From NCBI GenBank assembly GCA_951406725.2, contig OX597817.1:159650001-159714000 (forward strand): a stretch of 64,000 nt of DNA. The letters run 5' to 3'. This document shows, piece after piece, positions 52,485 to 63,130 of this stretch. The translations under genes were made by a program, and so were the position numbers. The notes beneath the pieces were generated by a model. That model searched no databases and was not told the origin of the DNA. It saw nothing but the letters and a program-made list of their open reading frames with translations. This stretch comes from Octopus vulgaris (taxonomy: Eukaryota). Numbering within the stretch: position 1 is the first letter of the stretch; each line of letters begins with the position of its first letter.

Positions 52485-52870
52485 CTAGCAGTATCGCCCG
52501 GCGTTGCTCGGGTTTGTAAGGGAAATAACTATGTAAGCATTTTCAGAGAGTTATAGCAAAAAAATACATTAAAAATGGGAAAAAAATTATGGTAAATTTT
52601 TTTAAAATCGTTGACTCATCGTAGGCATTTTTAGAGAGTTACTTCCCTTATATAATAGCGAAAAAATGCATTGAAATGGAAAAAAATGATGGTAAATTAT
52701 TTTAAAAATCGTAGACTCATCGTAGACGCGTGCTAATACCCAGAAGGGCTCGATATGAATCACGACTATAAGATACCCGCTTTTGGTTAAACTGCACCGC
52801 AAAATGTGGGAGTAGTTAGGAATCTAAATCGTAGGAGACAGACACACAACTTCACTTTTATATATAAAGA
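52485..52870 (-). mobile_element. Non-autonomous Helitron, family A
   Basis: 5' TCTTTATATATAAAAG ... hairpin CCCGAGCAACGCCGGG ... CTAG|T; internal ~115-bp tandem duplication. Confidence 0.9.
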
Positions 52871-53242
52871 CTAGCAGTATCGCCCAGCGTTGCTCGGGTT
52901 TGTTTCGACCCTTTAATATTGGAATTTTTGAAAAGTAAAAATTTTGCATTATGTAGCTTGTTATTCTCTTTAAGTGAACATTTTTCTAGTTGAAATACCC
53001 CGAAAAATGGCGACACAGCAGTAAAAAAATCGTGAAAAATAGGGATTTTCATAGAAAAAAAAAGCATAATTTTTGGTGTTAACATAGTCCAATTTGAATT
53101 TTTTGAAGGAAGAGCAAGCCTTCTTCTATCATACTCTCAATTTTGGTCAACTTTGCACCGCAGGGTCTCGGAGGAGATAGTGTTAGTTGAAGGCTACCAA
53201 ACCTACCATACACAGATAACTTCAGCTTTATATATATATAGA
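52871..53242 (-). mobile_element. Non-autonomous Helitron, family B
   Basis: Homologous to 29771-30160; its 3' CTAG directly abuts the 5' TC of the family A copy. Confidence 0.88.
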
Positions 53243-53409
53243 AGAATATATATATAAAAATAGAAGTTTTTTTTTTTTTTGCGGCTGTGTTCTTATTTAC
53301 AGTGCATCAGGATTTTCGTGAAATAAAAATTATTGGATTTGATATTAAGCTGGTAAGTTATGGTGAACACACACTATCGATGAGGATAAATTATCAACTA
53401 AATAATATA

Positions 53410-53620
53410 TGTTTCGTTATTGCCCACAAGGGGCTAAACAAGGACAGACAAATGGATTAAGTCGATTACATCGACCCCAGTGCGTAACAGGTACTTAATT
53501 TATCGACCCCGAAAGGATGAAGGGCAAAGTCGACCTCGGCGGAATTTGAACTCTGAACGCAACGACAGACGAAATACCGCTAAGCATTTCGCCCTGTGTG
53601 CTAACGTTTCTCTGCCAGCT
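53410..53620 (-). mobile_element. Meta-domain tRNA SINE
   Basis: Homologous to 23384-23619. Confidence 0.85.
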
Positions 53621-54129
53621 ACGTGCCCCATGATTTTCATAACAGCCTACTTTTTTCGCTTCCCTCTGAAAAAGTTTAGAATTAGGAAAAAAACCAAAAA
53701 ATTTCTTTAAAAAAGAGGCCTAAAAAGTGACTACTGACATCATCCATTAGTTTTTGATAGCATGACTAATTAATCTCCGACATATGCGCACAGACGTGTT
53801 TTACAGAGAAGGAGAAATGGGAGTTTTTGAAGAGCCATTACGCACACCACTAAAATATTATTTAGATGCAAGAAACTGGCAGCACGTAAACCAAAAATCT
53901 CTCGCGCCTCAAACTTTACTTCAAATCCAAAAATTTTATACAAAAATCTAAAAACAAATCTTTTAATCCTTCACCTATCTTGTGTGACACATGTGATACA
54001 CGGGACATTATTTCTCTGCTGTCCATGCACCATATATTATACATTCCCGATATTTTTCTAACAATGGACCGGTTTCATGCCAGACAATTTTCAATTTTCC
54101 CACGGACTGGAGGATCAGGCGAAAAATAA

Positions 54130-54168
54130 AACAATAAACTGTATAATATGTAACTTAATTATTAAAGG

Positions 54169-54204
<36 letters not shown>

Positions 54205-54478
54205 AGTCAACTATATATATATAATAAACAGTATAATATGTAACTTAATTATTATAGGCCTATATATATATATATATATATATATAGGCCTATAATAATT
54301 AAGTTACATATTATACAGTTTATTATATATATATAATAAACTGTACAATATGTAACTTAATTATTATAGGCCTATATATATATATATATATATATATTAA
54401 GTTATATTATACAGTTCATTATATATACAAATATAATATATATATATATATGTATGTGTGTATATATATATATATATA

Positions 54479-54517
<39 letters not shown>

Positions 54518-54620
54518 GCGGTGCTCCAGCATGGCCGCAGTCAAATGACTGAAACAAGTAAAAAGAAAGAAAAGAATAGGCCTATAATAATTAAGTTACA
54601 TATTATACAGTTTATTATAT
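54130..54620. repeat. ~40-bp unit repeated in mixed orientation between (TA)n tracts
   Basis: ATAAACTGTATAATATGTAACTTAATTATTATAGGCC forward at ~54133, 54223, 54335 and reversed at ~54286, 54397 (partial), 54578. Confidence 0.85.
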
Positions 54621-55250
54621 ATGTGTGTGTGTGGTATATATAATATAAACCCACCCCTGCACACTGCAATGAGTAAAATAGAAAATTTTAGAATTGATTT
54701 TTCTATACGGCCCTGTGATTGGAAACCTCTATTTGATACACAATTCCAGTGTTTTTCAACCACCAGAATAACTTGGGATTTATGAAACGAAATCTTTAAT
54801 ATTCTTCAGAATATATATAAAACAAGGGCTAACTAAAATTCTGGAAATAAGCATGGATGTTTAGGAAAAACTTATGAAAATGCTATGGAAAGGCAAAAGG
54901 TTTAAACGTTTGAATTCAACATTAGAAAAGGATGCTTTATATTTTTTCTTGGGAATTCGGAAACAGTAAAACCGGATGAAAAGGGATTGTCGATAGAAAC
55001 ATCAAGCGTTTTCTATTGTATCATTGTATATTTTTACTAGAAGAATCTGAGACGGAGCCTAGTCAAATTAGACATATTGCTCCATACTTATACAAAACTG
55101 AATTGTTTTGTGTCATGAGAAGAGACAAAATAGAATTTGAACAACCCAAGTATTGTAATTCCCTGTTCAGCACCTGACGTCTAACTTCGAAATTTAATTT
55201 TATATCAAATGTTTCAGGGGAAATAGAACTCAAAATGTACCATGAGGGTA

Positions 55251-55456
55251 CTACTACCGAACAATGGTCCCGGTGCGCGCACACGCGCAGTCGCGCTAGC
55301 TAGTCATGACTAGTCGATCTTTACTTTGTGTTATTTACTTTGTTTTAAAAAAGTCATTTACTTTGTGTTTTTGTGTTTTATTTACTTTGCTACGTAGTCG
55401 TTGTAGGATCGACTACTAGCGTGTGTGCGCGCACCGGGACCACTATTCGCTAGTAG
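55251..55456. mobile_element. MITE with ~36-bp GC-rich TIRs and TA flanks
   Basis: TA|CTACTACCGAACAATGGTCCCGGTGCGCGCACAC ... GTGTGCGCGCACCGGGACCACTATTCGCTAGTAG|TA; AT-rich core with TTTACTTTG repeats. Confidence 0.8.
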
Positions 55457-55485
55457 TATCAAATATAAGTATATATATGTATATA

Positions 55486-55886
55486 CTAGCAGTATCGCCC
55501 GGCGTTGCTTGGGTTTGTAAGGGAAATAACTATATAAGCATTTTTAGAGAGTTATAGCCAAAAAAAGCAAAAAAAAAAATGCATTAAAAATGGAAAAAAA
55601 AATTATGGTATTTTTTTTAAATCGTTGACTCATCGTAGACATTTTTAGAGAGTTACTTCCCTTATATAATAGCGAAAAAATGCATTAAAATGGAAAAAAA
55701 ATGATGGTAAATTATTTTTAAAATCGTAGACTCATCGTAGACGCGCGCTAATACCCAGAAGGGCTCGATATGAATCACGACTATAAGATACCCCGGTTTT
55801 GGTTAAACTGCACCGCAAAATGTGGGAGTAGTTAGGAATCTAAATCGTAGGAGACAGACACACAACTTCACTTTTATATATAAAGA
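55486..55886 (-). mobile_element. Non-autonomous Helitron, family A, complete
   Basis: A|TCTTTATATATAAAAG ... hairpin ... CTAG|T; nearly identical to 52485-52870. Confidence 0.92.
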
Positions 55887-56162
55887 TATTTTTACTGATA
55901 TTTAGCAGAGGCAACAAAGTGACTCAAGGACCGTGAGTTTCACGCGTTACCGCTGAACTAGTTTGATAGGTGTTAACGCACGGAACACGTACCGCGTGCT
56001 TCGTGCGTTAGCACTAAGCGGAATAGTTGCTAAGTTCTAATGCACGCAACTCGCCAGACCTAACAAAAAAGAAAAAAAAATGTGCTGGGGTTGATTTATT
56101 AGACCGAAAATTCAAGATGGTACCCCAGCATGGCCGCAGTCTAATGACTGAAACAAGATATG

Positions 56163-56193
<31 letters not shown>

Positions 56194-57629
56194 CTTTTAA
56201 ATTTGTTTACAGGAAACGTTTTGAATATGCAAATAAAACTCCTATTCAATTATGCCGGCCAGTCTAATGAGGCTGATGGTGAACCAGTTTTTTGGGGGGG
56301 GTTGCATCGACCTGTACTGGTATAATGTAGGAAAAATATAGAAATAATAACAAAAATCCTTAAATTCCATCCAGGGATTATTGGGATTTTAATATTTATT
56401 AGGAAACCCTAATTTTGGGGGCTTAAAATTTGGAAGAAATGTTTTTGTAAGGGATTATAATACTATTTCATCTATAAGAAACTCCCATAATTTTTAAACC
56501 TAATTTTTTGACAAAAATGGGTTCTTTATACACGTTAAAATATATACGTGTGTGGACGAATAGAGGTAAAAAAAGTGACCAGTTTTGTCCGGATCTCATA
56601 AATTAATTGTGACTTTATTACCGGCCACCATAAATAATTGTGACTTTTTTTCCAAGCCAAAATTGACTTTATTACCGGTCACCGTGTGACCTTGAGCCAC
56701 TCTTACTTCTGTTAAATATTAATAAAAATATATGTATAACCATTTCTTTTAATATCCAGTGGGTGGCAACAAGCGGGCCAGGTGCTATTTATGGGTTTCT
56801 GACCTTTTTTTTTAAACAAATTTCAAGTATAATGTATAGTGGCTTTTAGGTAGTCGTGTCTCATCACTTTTGTCATTGTTTCAGAGTTGATATGATTCAC
56901 AGGAGAGCCATAAGCAAATATAATTTGTTTTTTAAATCACAAGTAAGCCTTAACAAGAAAAGTTACTGACTCCTGGTTTATTTGGAAGAAGGAAGTCGGG
57001 CAACATCCATGACTTGATGGTCTTCCATATCTGATGGTTGATGCCGAAGGAAATATAAAAAGCTCCTGTACCTGGTCTGTATCTCACACGGTTGTAATTG
57101 TGTGGAGGAATTAAATAATGAATTATATAGGATGTGTGTTTAGAAAGGAATTAAATAGTGATGTGTTTAGAAAGGTCGAGATTGAATAAAAATGACGAGA
57201 GGGCAGGTGTACCCGGACTATGGGGCATAATAAAAAATCTTTGTAGTTGCGATCTGGAATAGTGGGTTGTAAAGATTGCTAGTAAGCTGCCGGCATCTAT
57301 TAATTTAATTTTGAGATATGATATAAGCTTTTAAGTACTGCAAGATGTTCAGGGGTTGGCAAGAATATAGAAGACATTTTTTCTTTTCAGAAAGCAAAAA
57401 GAAATAAAAAGTAACATGACATTCAATACGAATATTAGGGAATAAAGGTTTAACTTTAATCAATAAATGAATGTTGAGCAGGAGAACTAGAGAATAAAGA
57501 ATAAAGAGTCATATCATTTTACAGAAACAACTAAATAGATAATTTTATCTTACGTGTTTCAGTCATTGGACTGTAACAATAAATTGCAACCGTGCTGGGG
57601 CACTGCCTTGAGGAATTTTAGTCAAACAA

Positions 57630-57916
57630 ATCGACCCCAAAATACATATTTTTAAGCATGTGGTACTTATTCTATCGGTCTTAGTACCAGACTTTAAAAA
57701 AAATAATATTAAATGATCTCAGAACTACATCGACCCCAAAATACATATTTTAAAGCATGTGGTACTTATTCTATCGGTCTTAGTACCAGACTTTAAAAAA
57801 AATAATAGTAAACTACATCAACCCCAAAATACATATTTTAAAGCATGTGGTACTTATTCTATCGGTCCCAGTACCAGACTTTAAAAAAAATAATAGTAAA
57901 TGATCTCAGAACTACA
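57630..57916. repeat. Three tandem ~90-100-bp units derived from a SINE end
   Basis: ATCGACCCCAAAATACATATTTT.AAGCATGTGGTACTTATTCTATCGGTC..AGTACCAGACTTTAAAAAAAATAATA, three times. Confidence 0.9.
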
Positions 57917-58376
57917 ATTAAAAAAAACACATCTTTTGAACCCTGTCCTAAAATAGATCTTTCGCGAAACATACGAAGAATAACTTATATAATTGATTTT
58001 CAAAAGCTAACTTATTTTGATGAAAATGAAAGTGAAAAATAAATGCCATATGTATGAATATATTTTCTATCTTAAATCCCATAAATTTCTACAAAAAAAA
58101 TAACATATCTGAAAAGTGATTAAAAATATTCACGACACGTTTTCTCAAAAGCTCCTGTTGAAAAGTAACAGAGGAGGGAAAAAATAATTAAAAGAATACA
58201 CTTAATTTCATTTAAGAATTTTTCCACAAAATTCTTATGTTCTGTAACTTCTATAAAACAGTGATTCTGTATGAGCATAAAAACTTATTCAATATACGAA
58301 TATTTTATGTAATAAATGACATTTATGTCTAACATCCTACGTTTTTCTCTATGAGGATTACTTACAATAAACTTAC

Positions 58377-58431
58377 CACATGCTTCAATAATGGAATTCA
58401 ATAAAGGTAATAGAAATAATCGCGGCACCAT
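58377..58431 (-). CDS. Candidate first coding exon (signal-peptide-like MVPRLFLLPLLNSIIEAC, phase-1 donor)
   Basis: ATG at 58431 in apparently unique CpG-rich sequence, 18 codons + G, then consensus donor GTG|GTAAGT. No homology support. Confidence 0.3.
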
Positions 58432-58670
58432 TGGAGCGTTCTTGTCCTTCCTAGAGCGCAAGATGGAATTAAATATTGGTGTTTACTTACCACGCCAGGA
58501 GATAAGAGAGAGAGACCGTATCAATCTGTGAAACGTTGTAGCAAAAATTCTTTAGAAACATTCGCTACTGTGGTTTGAACGACACGTATTTCGCCAGTAA
58601 TAATTGAATTTTGTCGTCGAATACCAAAGGTATAACCAACGTTACCGCGACAGTTGTACATTGGTTGGTG
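58400..58670 (-). promoter_or_regulatory. Candidate promoter / 5' exon region
   Basis: Non-repeat, CpG-dense island with two perfect minus-strand G|GTAAGT donors (58377 and 58491) and a YY1-like CAAGATGG. Confidence 0.35.
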
Positions 58671-58832
58671 GGATTGGCATTAATCGCTTAGAGCGTCGGA
58701 CGAAAGGCCTTGCGATATTTCTTCCGGTTCTTTTACGTTCTCAGTCCAAATCTTATCATTGGTAATTTTGCTAGTCATCCTTCAAGGATACATAACATAA
58801 AATAGATCGGTTTTGCCCACCAAAATATATAA

Positions 58833-58976
58833 CCGTTACTTAGCGGTTCGGCAAAAAGAGACCGATAGAATAAGTACTGGGCTTACAAATAAATAAGCCC
58901 CGGGGTCGAGTTGCTCGACTAAAGGCGGTGCTTCAGCATGGCCGCAGTCAAATGACTGAAACAAGTAAAAGAGAGT
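58833..58976 (+). mobile_element. CORE-type SINE 3' fragment, preceded by an old Meta SINE head (58675-58830)
   Basis: CCGTTACTTAGCGGTTCGGCAAAA...GACTGAAACAAGTAAAAGAG. Confidence 0.85.
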
Positions 58977-60229
58977 TATTTTACGAATGCTAGTACTAGA
59001 CAGTATTCATAAAATTACTCTGTGTACCAATAAGAAGGAAAAAAATAAATCAGACCTTTTATTCATGTAAGTTCTTTTTCATAGAAAGTATTGGGTGTGT
59101 AGTATGTTGGTGGGTTTGTAACCGGGGTAAAATGAGTAATTTCTGATTTCCCCTTATTTTCTCCCAACCTGTTTGAAATAACTACATTGCAAGTATTGCA
59201 TCATAATTCTGCACTGTTGCATTATTTCTAGGAGTAAAAATTGGTCTGCATATTTGTTGAAGTTAAGAGAGTCTGAAACAGATGACAGGTACTTTTTTTC
59301 AAGAAATTTTTCTTCAGTTTTGGCCCGATTGTAATAGAGGTCGCTAAAAATATCTCTGAATGATTTTTTTTTTTTTACAATCAATATTCTTTTTTTTTCT
59401 GTTGGATTTTCTTGGCGACTAATGTCTCCAAGTCAATTTTCTCCCACACTAATGTCTAATTTGATCATTTTCAAGTTTCCAAAAATGTCTAAAATGGGGT
59501 AAAATGAGTAATTACTAATTTCAATAATTTCTTCTTTTTAACTGCATGGCGTGTAAATATATCACGAAGAGAGACATTCCAGCAGATCATGAAGAAGCTT
59601 CAGAAAATATTTTGTGTTGAGTTTTTTTTTATTTAGTTGGGTTTCATTAATTTCATATCATTTGCAATTTTTCCTTGATCCACTTTCATTTGACCAAAAT
59701 ATAAAAATTTTTTTTTTTTTTTGCATTTCTGATGTTTAGGGATGGATATAATGTGTATGAGTCTGTTTTCAAGTGTATTTCTGAAGAACTGAAGCAGCAA
59801 ATTTACCTCTTCTTGGCTTACTCAGTTTGCCTTAAAGAGAATGGCAATAATTTTCAGAGATAGCGATCAGATCATGTTATACTAGTGATCGGATCATGTT
59901 AGCCTAGAGGAGAGGGATAGGTAACTGAAAACTCAGAAAGTGGGTGATAAGTGGAAAATAGATGATAGCGAGAGCGAGGGATGAATTTTAAAAGGAAGTA
60001 GTTTCAGGGAGAGAAGGAGGTAACTGGTTGCACAAAACAGGGAGTTGGAATATGTGTGGATTCTGCTCTCAAATGATTACAACAGCTGAGTAGTATTGCA
60101 GTTAGAAAATTGATGGAGAGATGGTAAGAAGATGAGAAATGCAGAATGCTTGATGGGGTGTAGAGGTAGGGCCTAGCAAGTACAGACATAAACATAATAC
60201 TTGTAGCATACCAATTTTGCTTGCTAATT

Positions 60230-60655
60230 CTCTCAGCCTTTTGTCAGTCCTTCATGAGACTCAACATCTTAAGATCAGTCTGCACTACTTCAGCCCATGT
60301 CTTCTTGGGCTTCTCTCTTCCACAGGTTCCATCTGCTTTAAATGGTCAGCACTTCTTTATACAGCTATCCTCTTCTATGTGTTTCACATGACCAAACCAG
60401 TGCATATTTACACTCAATATCCTCTCAAAGGATCTTTGTTTTGCAAGTTACTTGGTGATCCCACCAGTGCTGGTGTCACGTAAAAAGCACTCAGTCTATT
60501 CTGTGGGGTGATTGGTGTTAGGAAGGGCATTCAGGCATAAAGACCCTGCCGAAACAAACAGTGAAGCCTGGTGCAGTCTTCTACCTAACCAGCTCCTGTC
60601 AAACCACACATTCCATACCAGCATGGAAAGCAGATGTTAAATTATAATGATGGTG
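60230..60655. mobile_element. Old RTE fragment with internal inversion
   Basis: 60230-60405 matches the RTE ORF end on the minus strand; 60420-60655 matches the RTE 3'UTR on the plus strand. Confidence 0.65.
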
Positions 60656-60657
60656 AT

Positions 60658-60787
60658 ATCATCATCATCATCATCATTTAGCGTCCGCTTTCCATGCTAG
60701 CATGGGTTGGACGGTTCAACTGGGGTCTGTGAAGCCGGAAGGCCGCATCAGGCCCAGTCAGATCTGGCAGTGTTTCTACGGCTGGAT
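60658..60787 (-). mobile_element. Young RTE 3' tip
   Basis: Nearly identical to 6177-6307; ends abruptly in (TA)n. Confidence 0.88.
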
Positions 60788-61274
60788 ATATATATATATA
60801 CATAAATAGTCACATACATTTACACAAATCTATATGCACACACATATACACATGCATACAACCATACAAACACATACATAAATGTATGTTTAGACACATA
60901 TATAGACACACTTAAATAGATATGGATACATGCATACAGGACAAATACATACATCACACAAGTGAATTCACACATCTCATAAATTCATTGTGGATAATTA
61001 GATTGCAGTAAATACATTATCTATAATTTTTCTAGCCAGTTAATTTCATCATTAGGCAATTAATTATCTTGCAAGCCAAATCATACTTCGTCAATAAATT
61101 CATCTTCATGCCAAACACCTCTTTGCTAAATTCATTGTCATGCTTTCTGTTCACAAAGTAAACAAACTGCTAGACAATTTTGGCATTTTATATGCACAAA
61201 AGTAACATTCTAAACAGATGAATTATAATAATGCTCTATAAATAATCCTGTATTTCATGATTTAGTATTTGAGT

Positions 61275-61740
61275 AGGCATGGACCGGTGTTTAAGAAGCT
61301 TGCTTCCCAACCATGTAGTCTTGTGTTTAATCCTACTGAGCAGCACCATGAGTAAGTGTCTTTTACTATAGCCCTGGGCAGACCAAACTTTTACAAGTAG
61401 ATTTGTTAATTGGAAAGTACAAAAAAAGGCAGTCATATATATCGTTGTTTAACATCCACATTCCATGCTAGCATGAGTGGGACCATTTCATAAGAGCTGA
61501 CTGGGCAGAAGCCTGCACCATACTTCTGTGACTGTTCTGGCAGGATTTTTACAGCTGGATGCCCTTCCTAACACCAACCACTCAGCAGAGTTGACTTAGT
61601 GCTTTTTATGTGGCCTAATCATAGGCTAGGTCAGTTTTGGCAAGGTTTTTACAGCTGGATGCCCTTCCAAACACCAACCACTTATAGACTGGGTGCTTGT
61701 AAGTGGCACCTGCACTGATAGGGTCACCAAGTACTTGCAA
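61275..61740. mobile_element. Old CORE SINE head (+) followed by an old RTE 3'UTR (-)
   Basis: AAGCTTGCTTCCCAACCATG...GAGTAAGTGTC at 61275-61435; CGTTGTTTAACATCCAC..CCATGCTAGCATG and two ACAGCTGGATGCCCTTCC at 61440-61740. Confidence 0.65.
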
Positions 61741-62048
61741 AACAAAAATAAAAAAGAATTTCATAACGGGAGGGGGCTTGGAAGAGACATTCTTGTGTCA
61801 GATGAGGAAAAAGGTTATAGTGAGACAGAGAGATAGAAACAGGTGTCTTGCTGTAGAATAAGTACAAGGTTACCTGACCGGAGAGAGAGATATCGATATC
61901 ATCATCAATCATCAGTTAACATCCATTTTCTATATTAGGTTTGGAGATGATGTACAGGTATTATATATTAGAAGAAATAAGGTACTCAGAAATCTGGATG
62001 GTTTTATATTTAGATATTTATTAATATGTCACATGTTTTTATAAATCA

Positions 62049-62561
62049 CTAGCAGTATCGCCCGGCGTTGCTCAGGTTTGTAAGGGAAATAACTATATAA
62101 GCATTTTTAGAGAGTTACTTCCCTTATAGATGCCAATTTGGGCTTTCTTAGCCATTTCTGTTTTGGTGTCTTCAAGCCATGAAGTCGTTGTTCTAAAAGA
62201 ACGCTGGTCTCCTTGACAACGCATTACGACGTTGATTTCTTTACACTCCCTTCCTCACAGCTTCACGAGGGAGGGAAGAAGAGGGAGAAGCAAACAGGTG
62301 CAGGTGTGACCATGGACGCCAACTCCGCCGCCATCGACACACGAAAAATTATGCATTAAAATGGAATAAAAAATGATTTTAAATTATTTTTAAAATCGTA
62401 GACTCATCGTAGACGCGTGCTAATAATCAGACGGGCTCGATATGAATCACGACTATAAGATACCCGAATTTGATTAAACTGCACCGCAAAATGTGGGAGT
62501 AGTTAGGAATCTAAATCGAAGGGGACAGACACTCACACAACTACAGTTTTATATATATAGA
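62049..62561 (-). mobile_element. Non-autonomous Helitron, longer family A variant
   Basis: A|TCTATATATATAAAAC ... hairpin ... CTAG|T, with an extra ~220-bp GC-richer segment (62128-62345). Confidence 0.9.
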
Positions 62562-62676
62562 TATATTAGCACTTGCGTCCACTCTAGTGGAGTCTTCAAT
62601 CTGAATTCCCTCATATTCGGAACTATGTGTTTATTTATTTTGGTAGTTTTGACTTTAAGGAGTCCCTCCTAGCATA

Positions 62677-63073
62677 CTCTTTTATTTGTTTCAGTCATTT
62701 GACTGCGGCCATGCTGGAGCACCGCCTTTAGTCGAGCAAATCGACACCGGGACTTATTCTTTGTAAGCCCAGTACTTATTCTATCGGTCTCTTTTGCCGA
62801 ACTGCTAAGTGACGGGGACGTAAACACACCAGCATCGGTTGTCAAGCAATGTTAGGGGGACAAACACAGACACACAAACACATACACACACACACACATA
62901 TATATATACATATATACGACAGGCTTCTTTCAGTTTCCGCCTACCAAATCTACTCACAAGGCATTGGTCGGCCCGGGGCTATAGCAGAAGACACTTGCCC
63001 AAGATGCCACGCAGTGGGACTGAACCCGGAACCATGTGGTTGGTTAGCAAGCTACTTACCACACAGCCACTCC
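62677..63073 (-). mobile_element. Full-length CORE-type tRNA SINE
   Basis: Reverse complement of the 38821-39204 family. Confidence 0.9.
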
Positions 63074-63130
63074 AGCATGTGGCAAATATGTATAGTAATG
63101 TCTTCTATATATATATATATATATATATAT

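Noticed and set aside
55900-56715. TIR element bounded by CAGAGGCAACAAAGTGACTCAAGG / CCTTGAGCCACTCTTACTTCTG
   Set aside because: The inverted match is imperfect, I could not define a TSD, and there is no second copy in the window; plausible but unsupported.
56885-56942. Plus-strand micro-exon (TTTCAG|...CAA|GTAAGC)
   Set aside because: Splice-like signals of this strength occur by chance in AT-rich DNA; no coding or homology support.
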